A stretch of 64,000 nucleotides of DNA from an uncultured Muribaculaceae bacterium (lineage in GTDB: Bacteria > Bacteroidota > Bacteroidia > Bacteroidales > Muribaculaceae), in NCBI GenBank assembly GCA_910577585.1, contig CAJTNN010000001.1:8925-72924 (forward strand), in the 5' to 3' direction. A model generated the notes under the pieces. It ran no database searches and was not told the DNA's origin. It worked only from the letters and a program-made list of their open reading frames with translations. Shown here piece by piece: positions 16,761-27,816 of the stretch. A program made the translations under genes and the position numbers. Every line of letters begins with the position of its first letter. Position 1 is the first letter of the stretch.

Positions 16761-18755
16761 TTACTTCACGACTGCCTCAATAAGCTCATCATCAGCCAGG
16801 AAGGGCTCGGTAATCATGAAGCCGTTGGCAGCCTGGGTGTCATTCCATTCGCGCACTGTAGACATCGCATTCTCATTGCGGGCCCATGAGCGGCGTGCCA
16901 CGCCACCCATCACATCCCAGAGCATTGCCTTGCGCAGAATCTCATCCACACGCTCCGAGCCGTCGCAAAGCATACCGAATCCGCCGTTGATTGATTTACC
17001 GATACCTACACCGCCACCATTATGCAGAGCCACAAGACTCATGCCGCGGGCACAGTTGCCGGCGAAGCATTGCACGGCCATATCGGCCATCACATTCGAG
17101 CCATCCTTGATGTTGGAGGTCTCGCGGAAGGGTGAATCGGTGCCGCTCACATCGTGGTGGTCACGTCCGAGCATAATCGGCCCGACCTCGCCATTGCGCA
17201 CCATCTCATTGAATCGGAGCGCAATCTTGAGGCGCCCCATGGCATCCTGATAGAGGATACGCGCCTGGGTGCCCACCACGAGAGCATTCTTCTCGGCATC
17301 GCGTATCCAGTTGTAGTTGTCGCGGTCCTGACCACGACGGTCGGGGTCGATGCATTCCATGGCGGCACGGTCAGTCTTGACCAGATCCTCATGCTTGCCA
17401 CTGAGGCAGACCCAGCGGAAGGGACCATAACCGTAGTCGAAGAGCATCGGGCCCATGATATCCTCCACATACGACGGCCATATGAAGCCATCCTTCTCAT
17501 CTATGCCATTCTTTGAAATCTCTTTCACACCGGCATCATATATAGCCTTCATGAAGGAGTTGCCATAGTCGAAGAAATATGTGCCGCGCCCGGTGAGTGC
17601 CTTGATGGCCTCGTAATGACGGCGCAGTGTGGCATCTACCTCCTGACGGAATTTATCGGGATCCTCATGCAGCAGGCGCGTACGCTCCTCGAAGCTCATA
17701 CCCACGGGGCAATATCCACCCTCGTAGACGGCATGACATGAGGTCTGGTCAGAAAGAAGCTCGATCTTCTTGTCGTGCTCTACGGCATATTCCAGCAGGT
17801 CCACCACATTGCCATGGTAAGCGATCGAGATAGGCTCGCGGGCAGCCATAGCCTTCTCGGCAAGCTGGAATGCCTCGGGGATGGAGTCGGTGACGTGCTG
17901 CACCCATCCCTGGTTGCGGCGTGTCTCGATGCGCGAGAGATCGACTTCGGCTATGATTGAGGCGGCTCCGGCTATCAGCGCGGCCTTGGGCTGTGCTCCG
18001 CTCATACCTCCCAGGCCTGAGCTTACGAAGAGGTGACCCGAGAGGTCGCCATCCTGCGGCACACCGAGTTTCATGCGCCCGGCATTGAGGATGGTGTTGA
18101 ATGTGCCGTGCACGATTCCCTGCGGACCGATATACATCCATCCGCCGGCGGTCATCTGGCCATAGTTGGCCACACCCATCTGCATGGCCTCATGCCAGTC
18201 GTGGAGATTGTCGAACATGCCCACCATCATCGCATTGGTGATGATCACACGCGGGGCCTCTGGGCGCGAGGGGAAGAGACCGAGCGGATGGCCGGACTCT
18301 ACTACGAGTGTCTGGTCGTCGGTCAGCTCCTCGAGATATTTCTTTATAAGATTGTATTGCAGCCAGTTCTGACACACCTGTCCGGTCTCGCCATATGTCA
18401 CGAGCTCATAGGGATAGAGTGCGATGTCGAAGCAGAGGTTATTATCAATCATCACCTGAAAGGCCTTGCCTGCAAGACATTTTCCCTTGTATTCGTCAAT
18501 AGGTTTGGCCTTGAGGTCGCCGGTCGGACGCCAGCGATAGGCGTAGATGCGGCCACGTGTGCGAAGCTCCTCCATAAATTCGGGAGCAGCCTTGGCATGC
18601 AGTTCGGGGGGAAGATAACGCAGGGCATTGCGCAGCGCAGTGCGCGCCTTCTCGGGTGTAAGTGTGAATCCGCGGTCGGGGGCACGGCGTATGCCGGCCT
18701 GGAATTCGGGCTTCTCAGGCCACTCGGCCGTGAGCAGAATCCGGTTGTCGTTCAT
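16761..18755 (-). CDS. hutU: Urocanate hydratase (long form)
   Basis: YGQMTAGGWMYIGPQGIVHGT, GLGGMSGAQP, SDQTSCH, GRDHHD, HNGGGVG. Confidence 0.97.
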   Translation of the reverse strand: MNDNRILLTAEWPEKPEFQAGIRRAPDRGFTLTPEKARTALRNALRYLPPELHAKAAPEFMEELRTRGRIYAYRWRPTGDLKAKPIDEYKGKCLAGKAFQVMIDNNLCFDIALYPYELVTYGETGQVCQNWLQYNLIKKYLEELTDDQTLVVESGHPLGLFPSRPEAPRVIITNAMMVGMFDNLHDWHEAMQMGVANYGQMTAGGWMYIGPQGIVHGTFNTILNAGRMKLGVPQDGDLSGHLFVSSGLGGMSGAQPKAALIAGAASIIAEVDLSRIETRRNQGWVQHVTDSIPEAFQLAEKAMAAREPISIAYHGNVVDLLEYAVEHDKKIELLSDQTSCHAVYEGGYCPVGMSFEERTRLLHEDPDKFRQEVDATLRRHYEAIKALTGRGTYFFDYGNSFMKAIYDAGVKEISKNGIDEKDGFIWPSYVEDIMGPMLFDYGYGPFRWVCLSGKHEDLVKTDRAAMECIDPDRRGQDRDNYNWIRDAEKNALVVGTQARILYQDAMGRLKIALRFNEMVRNGEVGPIMLGRDHHDVSGTDSPFRETSNIKDGSNVMADMAVQCFAGNCARGMSLVALHNGGGVGIGKSINGGFGMLCDGSERVDEILRKAMLWDVMGGVARRSWARNENAMSTVREWNDTQAANGFMITEPFLADDELIEAVVK

Positions 18756-18829
18756 GGTCTGTATCTGTTAGATTTAGTTTCTTTGGCGTTTCACAAGGGG
18801 CCTTTGTCGCAGGCCGCACCTCGCGACTA

Positions 18830-18877
18830 CAAAGATAGAAACTTTTTAGGAAAATCCGAAAAATTTCACTAACTTTG
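18830..18877. promoter_or_regulatory. Back-to-back divergent promoters for hutU (-) and dnaE (+)
   Basis: TATCTTTG on minus (18830-18837) and TAACTTTG on plus (18870-18877). Confidence 0.65.
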
Positions 18878-19041
18878 TGTTGTAGGCAGCTCTCAATTTG
18901 GCTTAAGTCGTGGACTAAGTTGCCGGTCAAATCAATGACCGGATAATTTTTGAGAGTTTATTCCTCCACGGCCCTGACCACGATTACGCATCTCTACGGT
19001 GGCTCAGGACCATTATTTCTGACTATTAAGCATCTTCGGCA

Positions 19042-22000
19042 ATGTCCTTCCCCTCTAAATTCACACACCTGCACGTGCATTCTGAATACAGCCTCCTCGA
19101 TGGCAAGTCGCCTGTGGCGGCTATCGTCGACAAGGCTGTGGCTGACGGTATGCCCGCCATCGCCATCACCGACCATGGCAATATGTATGGCATCAAGGAG
19201 TTCTACAACTACGTCAATAAAATCAATTCGGGCAAAGAACCGGCCGACCGCTTCAAGCCCATCATCGGCTGCGAGATGTATGTGGCTCCCGAATCGATGA
19301 GTCAGAAGCGTGGCAAAGTCGACCAGAAGGCTTATCACCTCATCGTGCTTGCCAAGAATCTGCAGGGCTACCATAATCTCATAAAACTCGTGAGCCGGGC
19401 CTTCACCGAGGGTTACTACTATAAGCCGCGCACTGACCATGCTGAGCTTGAGAAGTACCATGAGGGGCTCATCATATGCTCGGCATGTCTGGGTGGAGAG
19501 GTGCCCCAGGCGGTGATGACCGACGACCTGAAACATGCCGAGGAGACAATACTGTGGTATAAGAAGATATTCGGCGAGGATTATTATCTCGAACTGCAGC
19601 GCCATCAGACCTTCAAGGAGAATGCCAACCGCGATGTCTATCCCGAGCAGCAGCGTGTCAACGCCTTCCTGATTGAGATGGCACACAAGCATGGCATCAA
19701 GCTCGTGGCCACCAACGATGTCCACTTCGTCAACGAAGATGAGGCCGAGGCCCACGACCGTCTCATTTGCCTGAGCATGAGCAAGAAGTTCTACGATGAA
19801 CGTCTGCACTACACCAAGCAGGAGTGGCTGAAGACCACCGCCGAGATGAGCGCCATATTCGCCGATGTGCCGGAGGCTATCACCAACACGATGGAGATTG
19901 TGGATAAGGTGGAGTTCTACAGCATCGACCACGCGCCAATCATGCCTAACTTCGAGATTCCGGCTTCGTTCGGCACCGAAGAGGAGTATCGCAGCCGCAT
20001 CACCGAGCAGGAACTATTTGATGAGTTCACCCGCGATGAGCATGGCAATGTGGTGCTCTCGCAAGAGGAAGCTGAGAAGAAAATCAATCGCCTCGGCGGT
20101 TACGACAAACTCTACCGCATCAAATTCGAGGCCGACTATCTTGAGTATCTCACCATGCAGGGAGCAGTCAAACGCTATGGCGACCCGCTGCCGCCCGATG
20201 TGGCTGAACGCCTGAAGTTTGAGCTTTATATAATGAAGACAATGGGCTTCCCGGGCTACTTCCTCATCGTGCAGGATTTCATCAACACCGGCCGCGAGGA
20301 ACTCGGAGTCAGCATCGGCCCGGGGCGTGGCTCGGCAGCCGGGTCGGCTGCGGCCTATTGCCTGGGCATCACTCAGGTCGACCCCATAAAGTATGACCTT
20401 CTGTTCGAGCGATTCCTTAATCCTGACCGTATTTCGCTACCTGATATCGATGTTGACTTCGACGACGATGGACGATATGAGGTGCTGAAGTATGTCACCC
20501 GCAAATATGGTGCCGAGAAGGTGGCCCACATCATCACCTATCAGACCATGGCCACGAAATCGGCCATAAAGGATGTGGGGCGCATCATGGGCATGACTCC
20601 GCAGGAGACCAACAAGCTGGCCAAACTCGTCGTAGACCGCCTGCCTGAAGTTGATGGCAAATCACCCAAAATCAACTTCAAGAACCTGCTGAAATACGAT
20701 AAGTCATTCCAAGAGGCATATAATAGCCCTGACCCGCGCGTGGCGGAGGTGATGAAATACGCCGGCCAGCTCGAGGGCACCGTGCGCGGCACGGGTGTGC
20801 ACGCCTGCGGCGTCATCATCGGTCGTGACGACATCACCGACTGGGTGCCGGTGTCGGCCGTCGACGACGGGGGCGAGAAGATTATCGTGACTGAATATGA
20901 GGGCTCACTCATCGAGGAGACCGGTATGATCAAGATGGACTTCCTCGGCCTGAAAACCCTCTCGATTATCAAGGAGGCGGTGGCCAATATCAAGGGGAGC
21001 CGGGGCATCGACCTCGACATCGACAACATCCCGCTCGATGATGAACTGACCTTCAAGCTATATTGCGACGGACGCACCACATCGACCTTCCAGTTTGAGT
21101 CGCCGGGCATGCAGAAGTCGCTGCGCGAGTTGCAGCCGTCGAAGTTTGAGGATCTAATCGCCATGAATGCCCTCTATCGCCCGGGACCTATGGATTATAT
21201 CCCCTCGTTCATCGCCCGCAAACATGGCCGCGAACCGATTCAGTACGACATCCCCATCATGAAGCAATACCTGGAGGAGACCTACGGCATCACCGTCTAT
21301 CAGGAGCAGGTGATGCTACTGTCGCGTCTTCTGGCCAACTTCACCCGCGGCGAGTCTGACATGCTGCGTAAGGCCATGGGTAAGAAGCAGATCGACAAGA
21401 TGGCCAAACTGAAGGTGAAATTCATGGAGCAGGGGCAGGGCAACGGCCATAAGCCGGAGGTGCTCGAGAAAATCTGGGCCGACTGGGAGAAATTCGCTTC
21501 CTACGCCTTCAATAAATCGCATGCCACATGCTATTCCTGGGTGGCCTACCAGACAGCTTATCTGAAGGCCCACTTCCCGGCTGAATACATGGCCGGCGTG
21601 ATGAGCCGCAACCTCACTGCGGCCGATAAGCTTCAGAAAATCATGGATGAGACGAAGCGAATGGGCATAGTGGTGAAGGGCCCCGATATCAATGAATCGC
21701 TGCATAAATTCAGCGTCACCAAGAAGGGTGAGATTCGCTTCGGACTGAGCGGCATCAAGGGTGTGGGCGATTCGGCGGTGAATGCCATCGTTATCGAGCG
21801 CAGCAAGAATGGCCCCTTCACCGACCTCTACGACTTCGTGGAGCGTGTGAACCTCTCGGCCTGCAACCGCAGTGCAATCGAGAACCTCGCGCTCGCCGGC
21901 GCATTCGACAGCTTCGGCGTGGCCCGCGAAATGGTGGTGGCGCCGCTATTTGACTCCACATGGGCCGACCAACTCGTGAAGTATGGCCAGCGGGTGCAGA

Positions 22001-22746
22001 ATGACGCAAATTCGCTGCAGAGCTCTCTCTTCGCCGACCTCGAACCCATCGAGACCAACAAGCCCCCCTACCCCGAATATGAGCCATGGAACCGGCTCCA
22101 ACTCCTCGAGGCTGAGAAGAATCTGGTGACAATGTATCTGTCGGCCCATCCGCTCGACCCCTACTATATGGAGCTCACCTACGCATGCAACACCCCCTGC
22201 GCCGAGTTTGAGGAGAAGCAGGAGGATGGTGCAAATATCACAATGGGTGGCATGGTGACCGCTTTCGATGAGAAAATAAGCCAGAAGAGCGGACGCCCCT
22301 GGGGACTGGTGACTATCGAGGACTTCAACGGCTCGGCTCAGATACGCCTCTTCGGCAAGTCGTATGAGTCGTTCAAGAATAAACTCGTGGTGGGAGATGC
22401 AGTCTACATGAAGATGCGATTCCAGCAGGGACGCTTCAATCCTAACTTCATGGATATGAGCATCGATGAGATAACACCTCTCTCGAGCGTCAGCGGCCAC
22501 CTGGCCAACTGCATCCGCATACGCCTCGACAAGAATTTCGACAACCGCGACTTCCTGCAGCAGCTGAGCGCTTTCCGCTCTACCTCTGACGACGACCGCA
22601 AGGGAGACCTTTTCATCATGCTTCTCGACTACTCGCGCGAGCAATATATCACTATCCACTCGCGTCAGAAGTTCAGACTCGACAAGGCACTCGTCGACTT
22701 CCTCAATGAATGGGGCGTGGAGTATGACGTGTCGACTCAGGCATGA
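19042..22746 (+). CDS. dnaE: DNA polymerase III alpha subunit
   Basis: PHP domain HLHVHSEYSLLDG, GPGRGSAAGS, PDIDVDF catalytic motif, KMDFLGL, YAFNKSH, C-terminal OB fold. Confidence 0.98.
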   Translation: MSFPSKFTHLHVHSEYSLLDGKSPVAAIVDKAVADGMPAIAITDHGNMYGIKEFYNYVNKINSGKEPADRFKPIIGCEMYVAPESMSQKRGKVDQKAYHLIVLAKNLQGYHNLIKLVSRAFTEGYYYKPRTDHAELEKYHEGLIICSACLGGEVPQAVMTDDLKHAEETILWYKKIFGEDYYLELQRHQTFKENANRDVYPEQQRVNAFLIEMAHKHGIKLVATNDVHFVNEDEAEAHDRLICLSMSKKFYDERLHYTKQEWLKTTAEMSAIFADVPEAITNTMEIVDKVEFYSIDHAPIMPNFEIPASFGTEEEYRSRITEQELFDEFTRDEHGNVVLSQEEAEKKINRLGGYDKLYRIKFEADYLEYLTMQGAVKRYGDPLPPDVAERLKFELYIMKTMGFPGYFLIVQDFINTGREELGVSIGPGRGSAAGSAAAYCLGITQVDPIKYDLLFERFLNPDRISLPDIDVDFDDDGRYEVLKYVTRKYGAEKVAHIITYQTMATKSAIKDVGRIMGMTPQETNKLAKLVVDRLPEVDGKSPKINFKNLLKYDKSFQEAYNSPDPRVAEVMKYAGQLEGTVRGTGVHACGVIIGRDDITDWVPVSAVDDGGEKIIVTEYEGSLIEETGMIKMDFLGLKTLSIIKEAVANIKGSRGIDLDIDNIPLDDELTFKLYCDGRTTSTFQFESPGMQKSLRELQPSKFEDLIAMNALYRPGPMDYIPSFIARKHGREPIQYDIPIMKQYLEETYGITVYQEQVMLLSRLLANFTRGESDMLRKAMGKKQIDKMAKLKVKFMEQGQGNGHKPEVLEKIWADWEKFASYAFNKSHATCYSWVAYQTAYLKAHFPAEYMAGVMSRNLTAADKLQKIMDETKRMGIVVKGPDINESLHKFSVTKKGEIRFGLSGIKGVGDSAVNAIVIERSKNGPFTDLYDFVERVNLSACNRSAIENLALAGAFDSFGVAREMVVAPLFDSTWADQLVKYGQRVQNDANSLQSSLFADLEPIETNKPPYPEYEPWNRLQLLEAEKNLVTMYLSAHPLDPYYMELTYACNTPCAEFEEKQEDGANITMGGMVTAFDEKISQKSGRPWGLVTIEDFNGSAQIRLFGKSYESFKNKLVVGDAVYMKMRFQQGRFNPNFMDMSIDEITPLSSVSGHLANCIRIRLDKNFDNRDFLQQLSAFRSTSDDDRKGDLFIMLLDYSREQYITIHSRQKFRLDKALVDFLNEWGVEYDVSTQA

Positions 22747-22958
22747 TACATCGGCCTCACTCCGCAATCACTGCGGAATCGGGCACACCTTTTCAACTTT
22801 TAATCCATTTTATTTGGCCGACTCGGAATTATTCAATAATTTTGGGAAGGAATACGGAACCCCGGCATCACGGCGCCATCAAGGCCAGCTACGATGAGGG
22901 AACTATCAATTCTGAAATTCAATCTTTTAAACACTAAATAATCTAAATCTAATCCGAA

Positions 22959-23270
22959 ATGGCAATCCAATTCACAGATCAGACTGCCCGCGAGGCAATC
23001 GAGTCAGGAAAACCCGTAGTAATCGATTTCTGGGCCACATGGTGCGGTCCCTGCATCAAGCTCGGTCCCGTAGTGGAGGAGCTCGCTGAAAAGCACCCCG
23101 AAGTGGTGATCGGCAAACTCAACATCGATGAGAACGATGAGATTGCAAGCGAAAACCGCGTGCGCAATATCCCGACAGTGCTCTTCTTCAAAGATGGCGA
23201 GCTCAAGGAGCGCAGCGTGGGTCTGGTGAAACTCTCAGACCTCGAGGCTAAACTCGCAGCTATCCTCTAA
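22959..23270 (+). CDS. trxA: Thioredoxin
   Basis: DFWATWCGPC active site; 103 aa. Confidence 0.93.
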   Translation: MAIQFTDQTAREAIESGKPVVIDFWATWCGPCIKLGPVVEELAEKHPEVVIGKLNIDENDEIASENRVRNIPTVLFFKDGELKERSVGLVKLSDLEAKLAAIL

Positions 23271-23297
23271 GAGTGCGCTGAATTACAGCACACTCTT
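23269..23297. terminator. Hairpin between convergent trxA and NlpC/P60 genes
   Basis: AAGAGTGCGCTG...CAGCACACTCTT. Confidence 0.55.
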
Positions 23298-23302
23298 GGA
23301 AA

Positions 23303-23875
23303 TCATAGGGTGGGCACTCGCCCGAACCCCATGAATGTACGCACATAATAAGGGGTGGTGATCTTCGAGATCACTGCCCCTTTTGATGTGCTGACGTGTA
23401 TGAAGTTTTCGTAGTCAAGCATTATCCCTACATGCGAGATGCGGGCCGCATCTTTGCCGGTGGCGAAAAACACCAGGTCGCCGGGCAACACCTTCCGAAG
23501 CGATATCGGGGTGCAGAAGGCTGCCTGCTCGGCTGAGTTGCGTGGCAGTTTTATGCCAAGCGCATCCAGATACACCTGCAGCACCATCCCGCTGCAGTCT
23601 GAGCCTCGCCCTTTGTCGCAGCGGGCATAGGCATATGGGGTGCCAACCCACTCCTGGGCCTCGCTGATGAGGCGCTGACGCGCTGAGCTGAGATGCGCAA
23701 ACTCCACATTCACCGGTTCGCCACCCTGCGCCGGGCGAGGAAACCTCACCGACCGCCGATGGCTTGAACACCCGGCCAGCAACACCGACATCACCGCCAC
23801 CACCAGCAACATCGCCAGCCAGCGGCCCCAAGCCCCATACTCACCTCTATATAATCTCTGAGATAAAATCGCCAT
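23303..23875 (-). CDS. NlpC/P60 (C40) cell-wall peptidase lipoprotein
   Basis: Lipobox LAGC; WVGTPY, SDCSG, PGDLVFF, HVGIM. Confidence 0.9.
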   Translation of the reverse strand: MAILSQRLYRGEYGAWGRWLAMLLVVAVMSVLLAGCSSHRRSVRFPRPAQGGEPVNVEFAHLSSARQRLISEAQEWVGTPYAYARCDKGRGSDCSGMVLQVYLDALGIKLPRNSAEQAAFCTPISLRKVLPGDLVFFATGKDAARISHVGIMLDYENFIHVSTSKGAVISKITTPYYVRTFMGFGRVPTL

Positions 23876-24247
23876 ATAAATTTATAGAATCGTTGATTTC
23901 GCAACCGTGCGCTAACGCACAACCGGCTGCTCTGATGCACAACTGCCAGACTGCCAAAGACACGTAAATCGCAGCTCCGCCACCACGCATTTGCCATGCG
24001 AAGTTAATTCAGCCGCCCCATTCCAGGCCACACCAAGCATCAAAATTAATCATTTTTAATACTTGCTCAAAGCTAATACTAATTTTTTTTAAAAATCAGA
24101 GTAAATCGCCGCCGATGGTGTAATATTTGCACGCTTAAGGGGTATTACTATTGTGGACGCGGAGAGAATTGCCGCGCAGCCGGCTGGTACTCGAGTCAGC
24201 CCTCTGCTCACTCCCTGCCGCCACCCTTCAAAACCTAAACTATCATT

Positions 24248-25735
24248 ATGAAGATGACCATACTGAAAACATCCACTATCGCCCTCGCTCTCGCTCTGGG
24301 CGCTACAGTAATCCTGGCATCTCGCCCGGGATCTGAAGACGACAACGCTTTTGTGCGCACCGCCGCCTCCACAAACTTCGACACCGACTTCACCCAGGCA
24401 GCTGAAAAGACAGTCAATGAAGTCGTCTGCATCAAGAGCTTCACTTCGCGCCGCCAGCAGTATGGGGGCAATGGATATGACCCCTTCGGAATGTTTGATT
24501 TCTTCTTCGGTCCGCAGCAACCGCGCCAGCAGCAGCCGCGCCAGCAGCGCAAGAGTGCTGACGAGGACCTCGTGCAGAGTGGACTCGGCTCGGGCGTGAT
24601 TGTGTCGCCCGACGGTTATATCGTCACCAACAACCACGTCATCGATGGCGCAGAGAAACTCGAAATCCTGCTCAACGATAATTCAAGCTATGAGGCCCGA
24701 GTGATCGGCACCGATCCAGCCACCGACCTCGCTCTCATCAAAATCGACGCCAAAGACCTCTCGGCCATCAGCTTCGGCGATAGCGAGGCTGTGAAAATCG
24801 GCGAGTGGGTGCTCGCTGTGGGCAATCCCTTCGGGTTCAACTCTACCGTCACTGCCGGCATCGTCAGCGCCAAGGCCCGCAGCCTCGGCACTAACTCCAC
24901 CTCCGGCTCGCTCGGCATCGAATCATTCATCCAGACCGACGCCGCACTCAATCCCGGCAACTCCGGCGGTGCGCTCGTCAACCTCAAGGGTGAACTGATC
25001 GGCATCAACTCAGCCATCTATTCCAACACCGGCAGCTACTCGGGCTTCTCTTTCGCAATCCCCACCACGATTGTCAAGAAGGTCATCACCGACCTCCGAC
25101 AGTATGGCACTGTGCAGCGCGCAATCCTGGGCGTGACTGTGCGTGAGCTCGATTCGAAACTCGCCAAGGAGAATGATATCACGGCCACCAAGACCGGCCT
25201 GCTCGTGGAGAGTGTCACCGCGCGCTCTACTGCCAAGGAACTGGGCCTGCAGAGCGGCGATGTAATCACCGCCATTAATAATGTGAATGTCAAGAACCGC
25301 GCCGAACTCGTGGAGCAGCTCAATAAGTTCCGCCCCGGCGAGCGCATAACCCTCACATACTATCGCGATAACAAGAAGATGACCTCCACAGCCACTCTGC
25401 GCAACAACCAGGGGAGCACCGAAATAACCAAACCCGGCGAATTCTCCGAACTTGGCGCCGCTTTCATGAAACTCTCTGATAAGGAGAAGGAGGAACTCGG
25501 CATACGCTCAGGTGTGAAGGTGGCCGGATTGCAGAAAGGCGCTTTCCGCGATGCAGGCGTCAAGGATGGCTTCGTAATCACTGAAATCAACGGCAAGGCT
25601 GTCAACTCCTCTGACGATGTGGAGTATCTCTACAATAAAGTCATGAAGGATGAGGATGCCGACAAAGTGATGCTCCTCTCGGGCATCTACCCCAACTCGG
25701 GCCGCAAATACTATTACGCAGTCAATCTCAACTGA
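24248..25735 (+). CDS. htrA: HtrA/DegP-type periplasmic serine protease with PDZ domains
   Basis: TNNHV, TDLAL and GNSGG triad motifs, IQTDAALN, two C-terminal PDZ-like regions. Confidence 0.93.
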   Translation: MKMTILKTSTIALALALGATVILASRPGSEDDNAFVRTAASTNFDTDFTQAAEKTVNEVVCIKSFTSRRQQYGGNGYDPFGMFDFFFGPQQPRQQQPRQQRKSADEDLVQSGLGSGVIVSPDGYIVTNNHVIDGAEKLEILLNDNSSYEARVIGTDPATDLALIKIDAKDLSAISFGDSEAVKIGEWVLAVGNPFGFNSTVTAGIVSAKARSLGTNSTSGSLGIESFIQTDAALNPGNSGGALVNLKGELIGINSAIYSNTGSYSGFSFAIPTTIVKKVITDLRQYGTVQRAILGVTVRELDSKLAKENDITATKTGLLVESVTARSTAKELGLQSGDVITAINNVNVKNRAELVEQLNKFRPGERITLTYYRDNKKMTSTATLRNNQGSTEITKPGEFSELGAAFMKLSDKEKEELGIRSGVKVAGLQKGAFRDAGVKDGFVITEINGKAVNSSDDVEYLYNKVMKDEDADKVMLLSGIYPNSGRKYYYAVNLN

Positions 25736-26004
25736 CCACCATCGATTCAGCCGAGGCCTGCGTGACTTGCAGCCATCCGGGTCCCGGCTATGCGTTGAAG
25801 CCAAATCCACAGAGCCTCCGGTTTTCATCCTTTTTTTACAGGATTCAAACCGGAGGTTCTATATTTCTAAAATCCTGATGGTTACGCTTATGTTTTTGGA
25901 AATCATGAGCAGTACGCCTCTGATATTCTTTAATCTATTACAATTAAGATTATAGACAGTGTTAAAAATCATCTTGAAAACTTTCAAATATGATAAAAAA
26001 GTAT

Positions 26005-26012
26005 TAATTTTG
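26005..26012 (+). promoter_or_regulatory. -7 promoter box for rpoD
   Basis: TAATTTTG-CA within an AT-rich region about 140 nt upstream of the start. Confidence 0.6.
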
Positions 26013-26150
26013 CAATTCAGCTCAGAGTGCGGTTGTTATATCTATGCAGCCGTACCCTGAGTTGCTATGCAGTCTACCCCCTCCCTCCTCGCAAACATAT
26101 ATTACAGACTTGATATATCCCTCTTCTCAACATAAATATATCCGTATCCT

Positions 26151-27014
26151 ATGAGACAGCTTAAAATCAACAAATCGATCACCAACCGCGACGGCATAGG
26201 CCTCGACAAATATCTTCAGGAAATAGGCCGCGAGGAACTTATCTCCGTGGCTGAAGAGGTTGAACTCGCCCAGCGCATCAAGAAAGGTGACCAGAAGGCT
26301 CTCGACAAACTCGTGAGAGCCAACCTGCGCTTTGTCGTGTCGGTGGCCAAGCAATATCAGAACCAGGGACTTCCGCTCCCTGACCTGATCAACGAGGGCA
26401 ACCTCGGTCTGATCCGCGCGGCACAGAAATTCGATGAGACCCGTGGTTTTAAGTTTATCTCGTATGCTGTATGGTGGATCCGCCAGGCTATCCTGCAGGC
26501 TCTCGCCGAACAGTCGCGCATCGTGCGTCTCCCCCTCAATCAGGTGGGCTCACTGAATAAGATTACCAAAGAGGCCACCAAGTTCGAGCAGGAGAATGAG
26601 CGCAAGCCCTCACCTGAAGAGCTGGCCGACCGTCTTGACATTCCGGTCGAGAAGATTGCCGACTCACTGAAGGTGTCAGGCAGATCTATTTCGGTCGACG
26701 CTCCGTTTGTGGAGGGTGAGGATAACTCTCTGCTCGATGTGCTGGCCAATGATGATAGCCCTATGGCCGACCGCTCGCTCAATCAGGAGTCGCTCTCTAA
26801 AGAGATTGACCGCGCCCTGCGTCAGCTCTACGACCGCGAGCGGGAAATACTCAAAATGTTCTTCGGCATAGGTTGCCAGGAGATGACCCTTGAGGAAATC
26901 GGCGCTAAATTCGACCTCACACGCGAGCGTGTGCGCCAGATTAAGGAGAAGGCTATCCGCCGACTGAAAGGACAGCGAAGCCAGCTCCTCAAGTCCTATC
27001 TCGGCGGCGAATAA
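26151..27014 (+). CDS. rpoD: Primary RNA polymerase sigma-70 factor (Bacteroidetes type, no region 1.1)
   Basis: MRQLKI start, [35 protein letters not shown] region 4. Confidence 0.93.
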   Translation: MRQLKINKSITNRDGIGLDKYLQEIGREELISVAEEVELAQRIKKGDQKALDKLVRANLRFVVSVAKQYQNQGLPLPDLINEGNLGLIRAAQKFDETRGFKFISYAVWWIRQAILQALAEQSRIVRLPLNQVGSLNKITKEATKFEQENERKPSPEELADRLDIPVEKIADSLKVSGRSISVDAPFVEGEDNSLLDVLANDDSPMADRSLNQESLSKEIDRALRQLYDREREILKMFFGIGCQEMTLEEIGAKFDLTRERVRQIKEKAIRRLKGQRSQLLKSYLGGE

Positions 27015-27036
27015 AAGGGCCCCCTTTGCCGGGTCA

Positions 27037-27816
27037 TTGTCTCAGCACCTCATTCACCTCACCGAAACCTTGAAACATACGTTTTTCATAATACCCATCC
27101 TGATGGCGCTCCTGAATATCGCAGTCCCGGCGGCTGCAGATACTCCGGCAGCGCCATCGGAGTTTGTGGACTATACTGCATCTGAACCTGACTCGGCGCG
27201 TGTGACCGAAAAGATCATCGTGAGCCGATACCTCTCGGATGGTTCGCTGATTACCGACACTGTGGCAGCCGATGATTATTCGCGTTTCGAAATCAAGTTT
27301 CTGGAGACCGTAGCGGCCGACCGTCTGATAGAGCCCGAAGCACCTCCGCGCCCGAAGAAAATGTCGAATGTGATGTTCGGTATCGAACTGGGCACAGGGC
27401 TCGACCTCTCGAGCACCGACATGTCTACCTTCAATGCTGACATAGTCGTGGGTTACCGGCATAAGCTAATCCAGTTTCTGGGTGTGAGCGTCGGCCTGCA
27501 TAAATCGCTCGGCACCCGCGACAGCTTCCTGCCGATACAGGCAGTGTTCCGCACAGGATTCCGCAAGACCCCCACCCTCTTCTTCATGCAGGCGAGTGTG
27601 GGTTATAGCTTCAACACCATCTCGTCATCGCCGATGTTCGGCGACACGATGGCCACCGTGGGCGCGGGCCTCAACCTTGTGCAGCGGCCTAAGTTTCAGA
27701 GCAATCTGATTCTGTCGTTCGGATTCAGACACTTCACTGAGCGGCATCAAGAGATGGCGCAGATAAATAAGCCCAATATCGGGTTTGCTCAAATATCATT
27801 CGGTATTTCAATATGA
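27037..27816 (+). CDS. Putative outer-membrane beta-barrel protein (start uncertain)
   Basis: Hydrophobic N-terminus, alternating beta-strand pattern in the C-terminal half; ATGA overlap with the downstream ABC substrate-binding gene. Confidence 0.6.
   Translation: MSQHLIHLTETLKHTFFIIPILMALLNIAVPAAADTPAAPSEFVDYTASEPDSARVTEKIIVSRYLSDGSLITDTVAADDYSRFEIKFLETVAADRLIEPEAPPRPKKMSNVMFGIELGTGLDLSSTDMSTFNADIVVGYRHKLIQFLGVSVGLHKSLGTRDSFLPIQAVFRTGFRKTPTLFFMQASVGYSFNTISSSPMFGDTMATVGAGLNLVQRPKFQSNLILSFGFRHFTERHQEMAQINKPNIGFAQISFGISI

Noticed and set aside
18994..19932. Long antisense ORFs (this one, 18033..18872, 41782..42690, 21946..22767 and others)
   Set aside because: Shadow frames of GC-rich, codon-biased genes with no motifs of their own.
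19960..20140. Extra segment in DnaE (FGTEEEYR...GGYDKLYRIK) as an intein
   Set aside because: No Cys/Ser start or His-Asn end and only about 60 aa; it looks like an ordinary lineage insertion.
25813..25860. tRNA-like sequence (GGATTCAAACC)
   Set aside because: Part of a single long hairpin (GAGCCTCCGGTTT/AAACCGGAGGTTC) after htrA; no cloverleaf.
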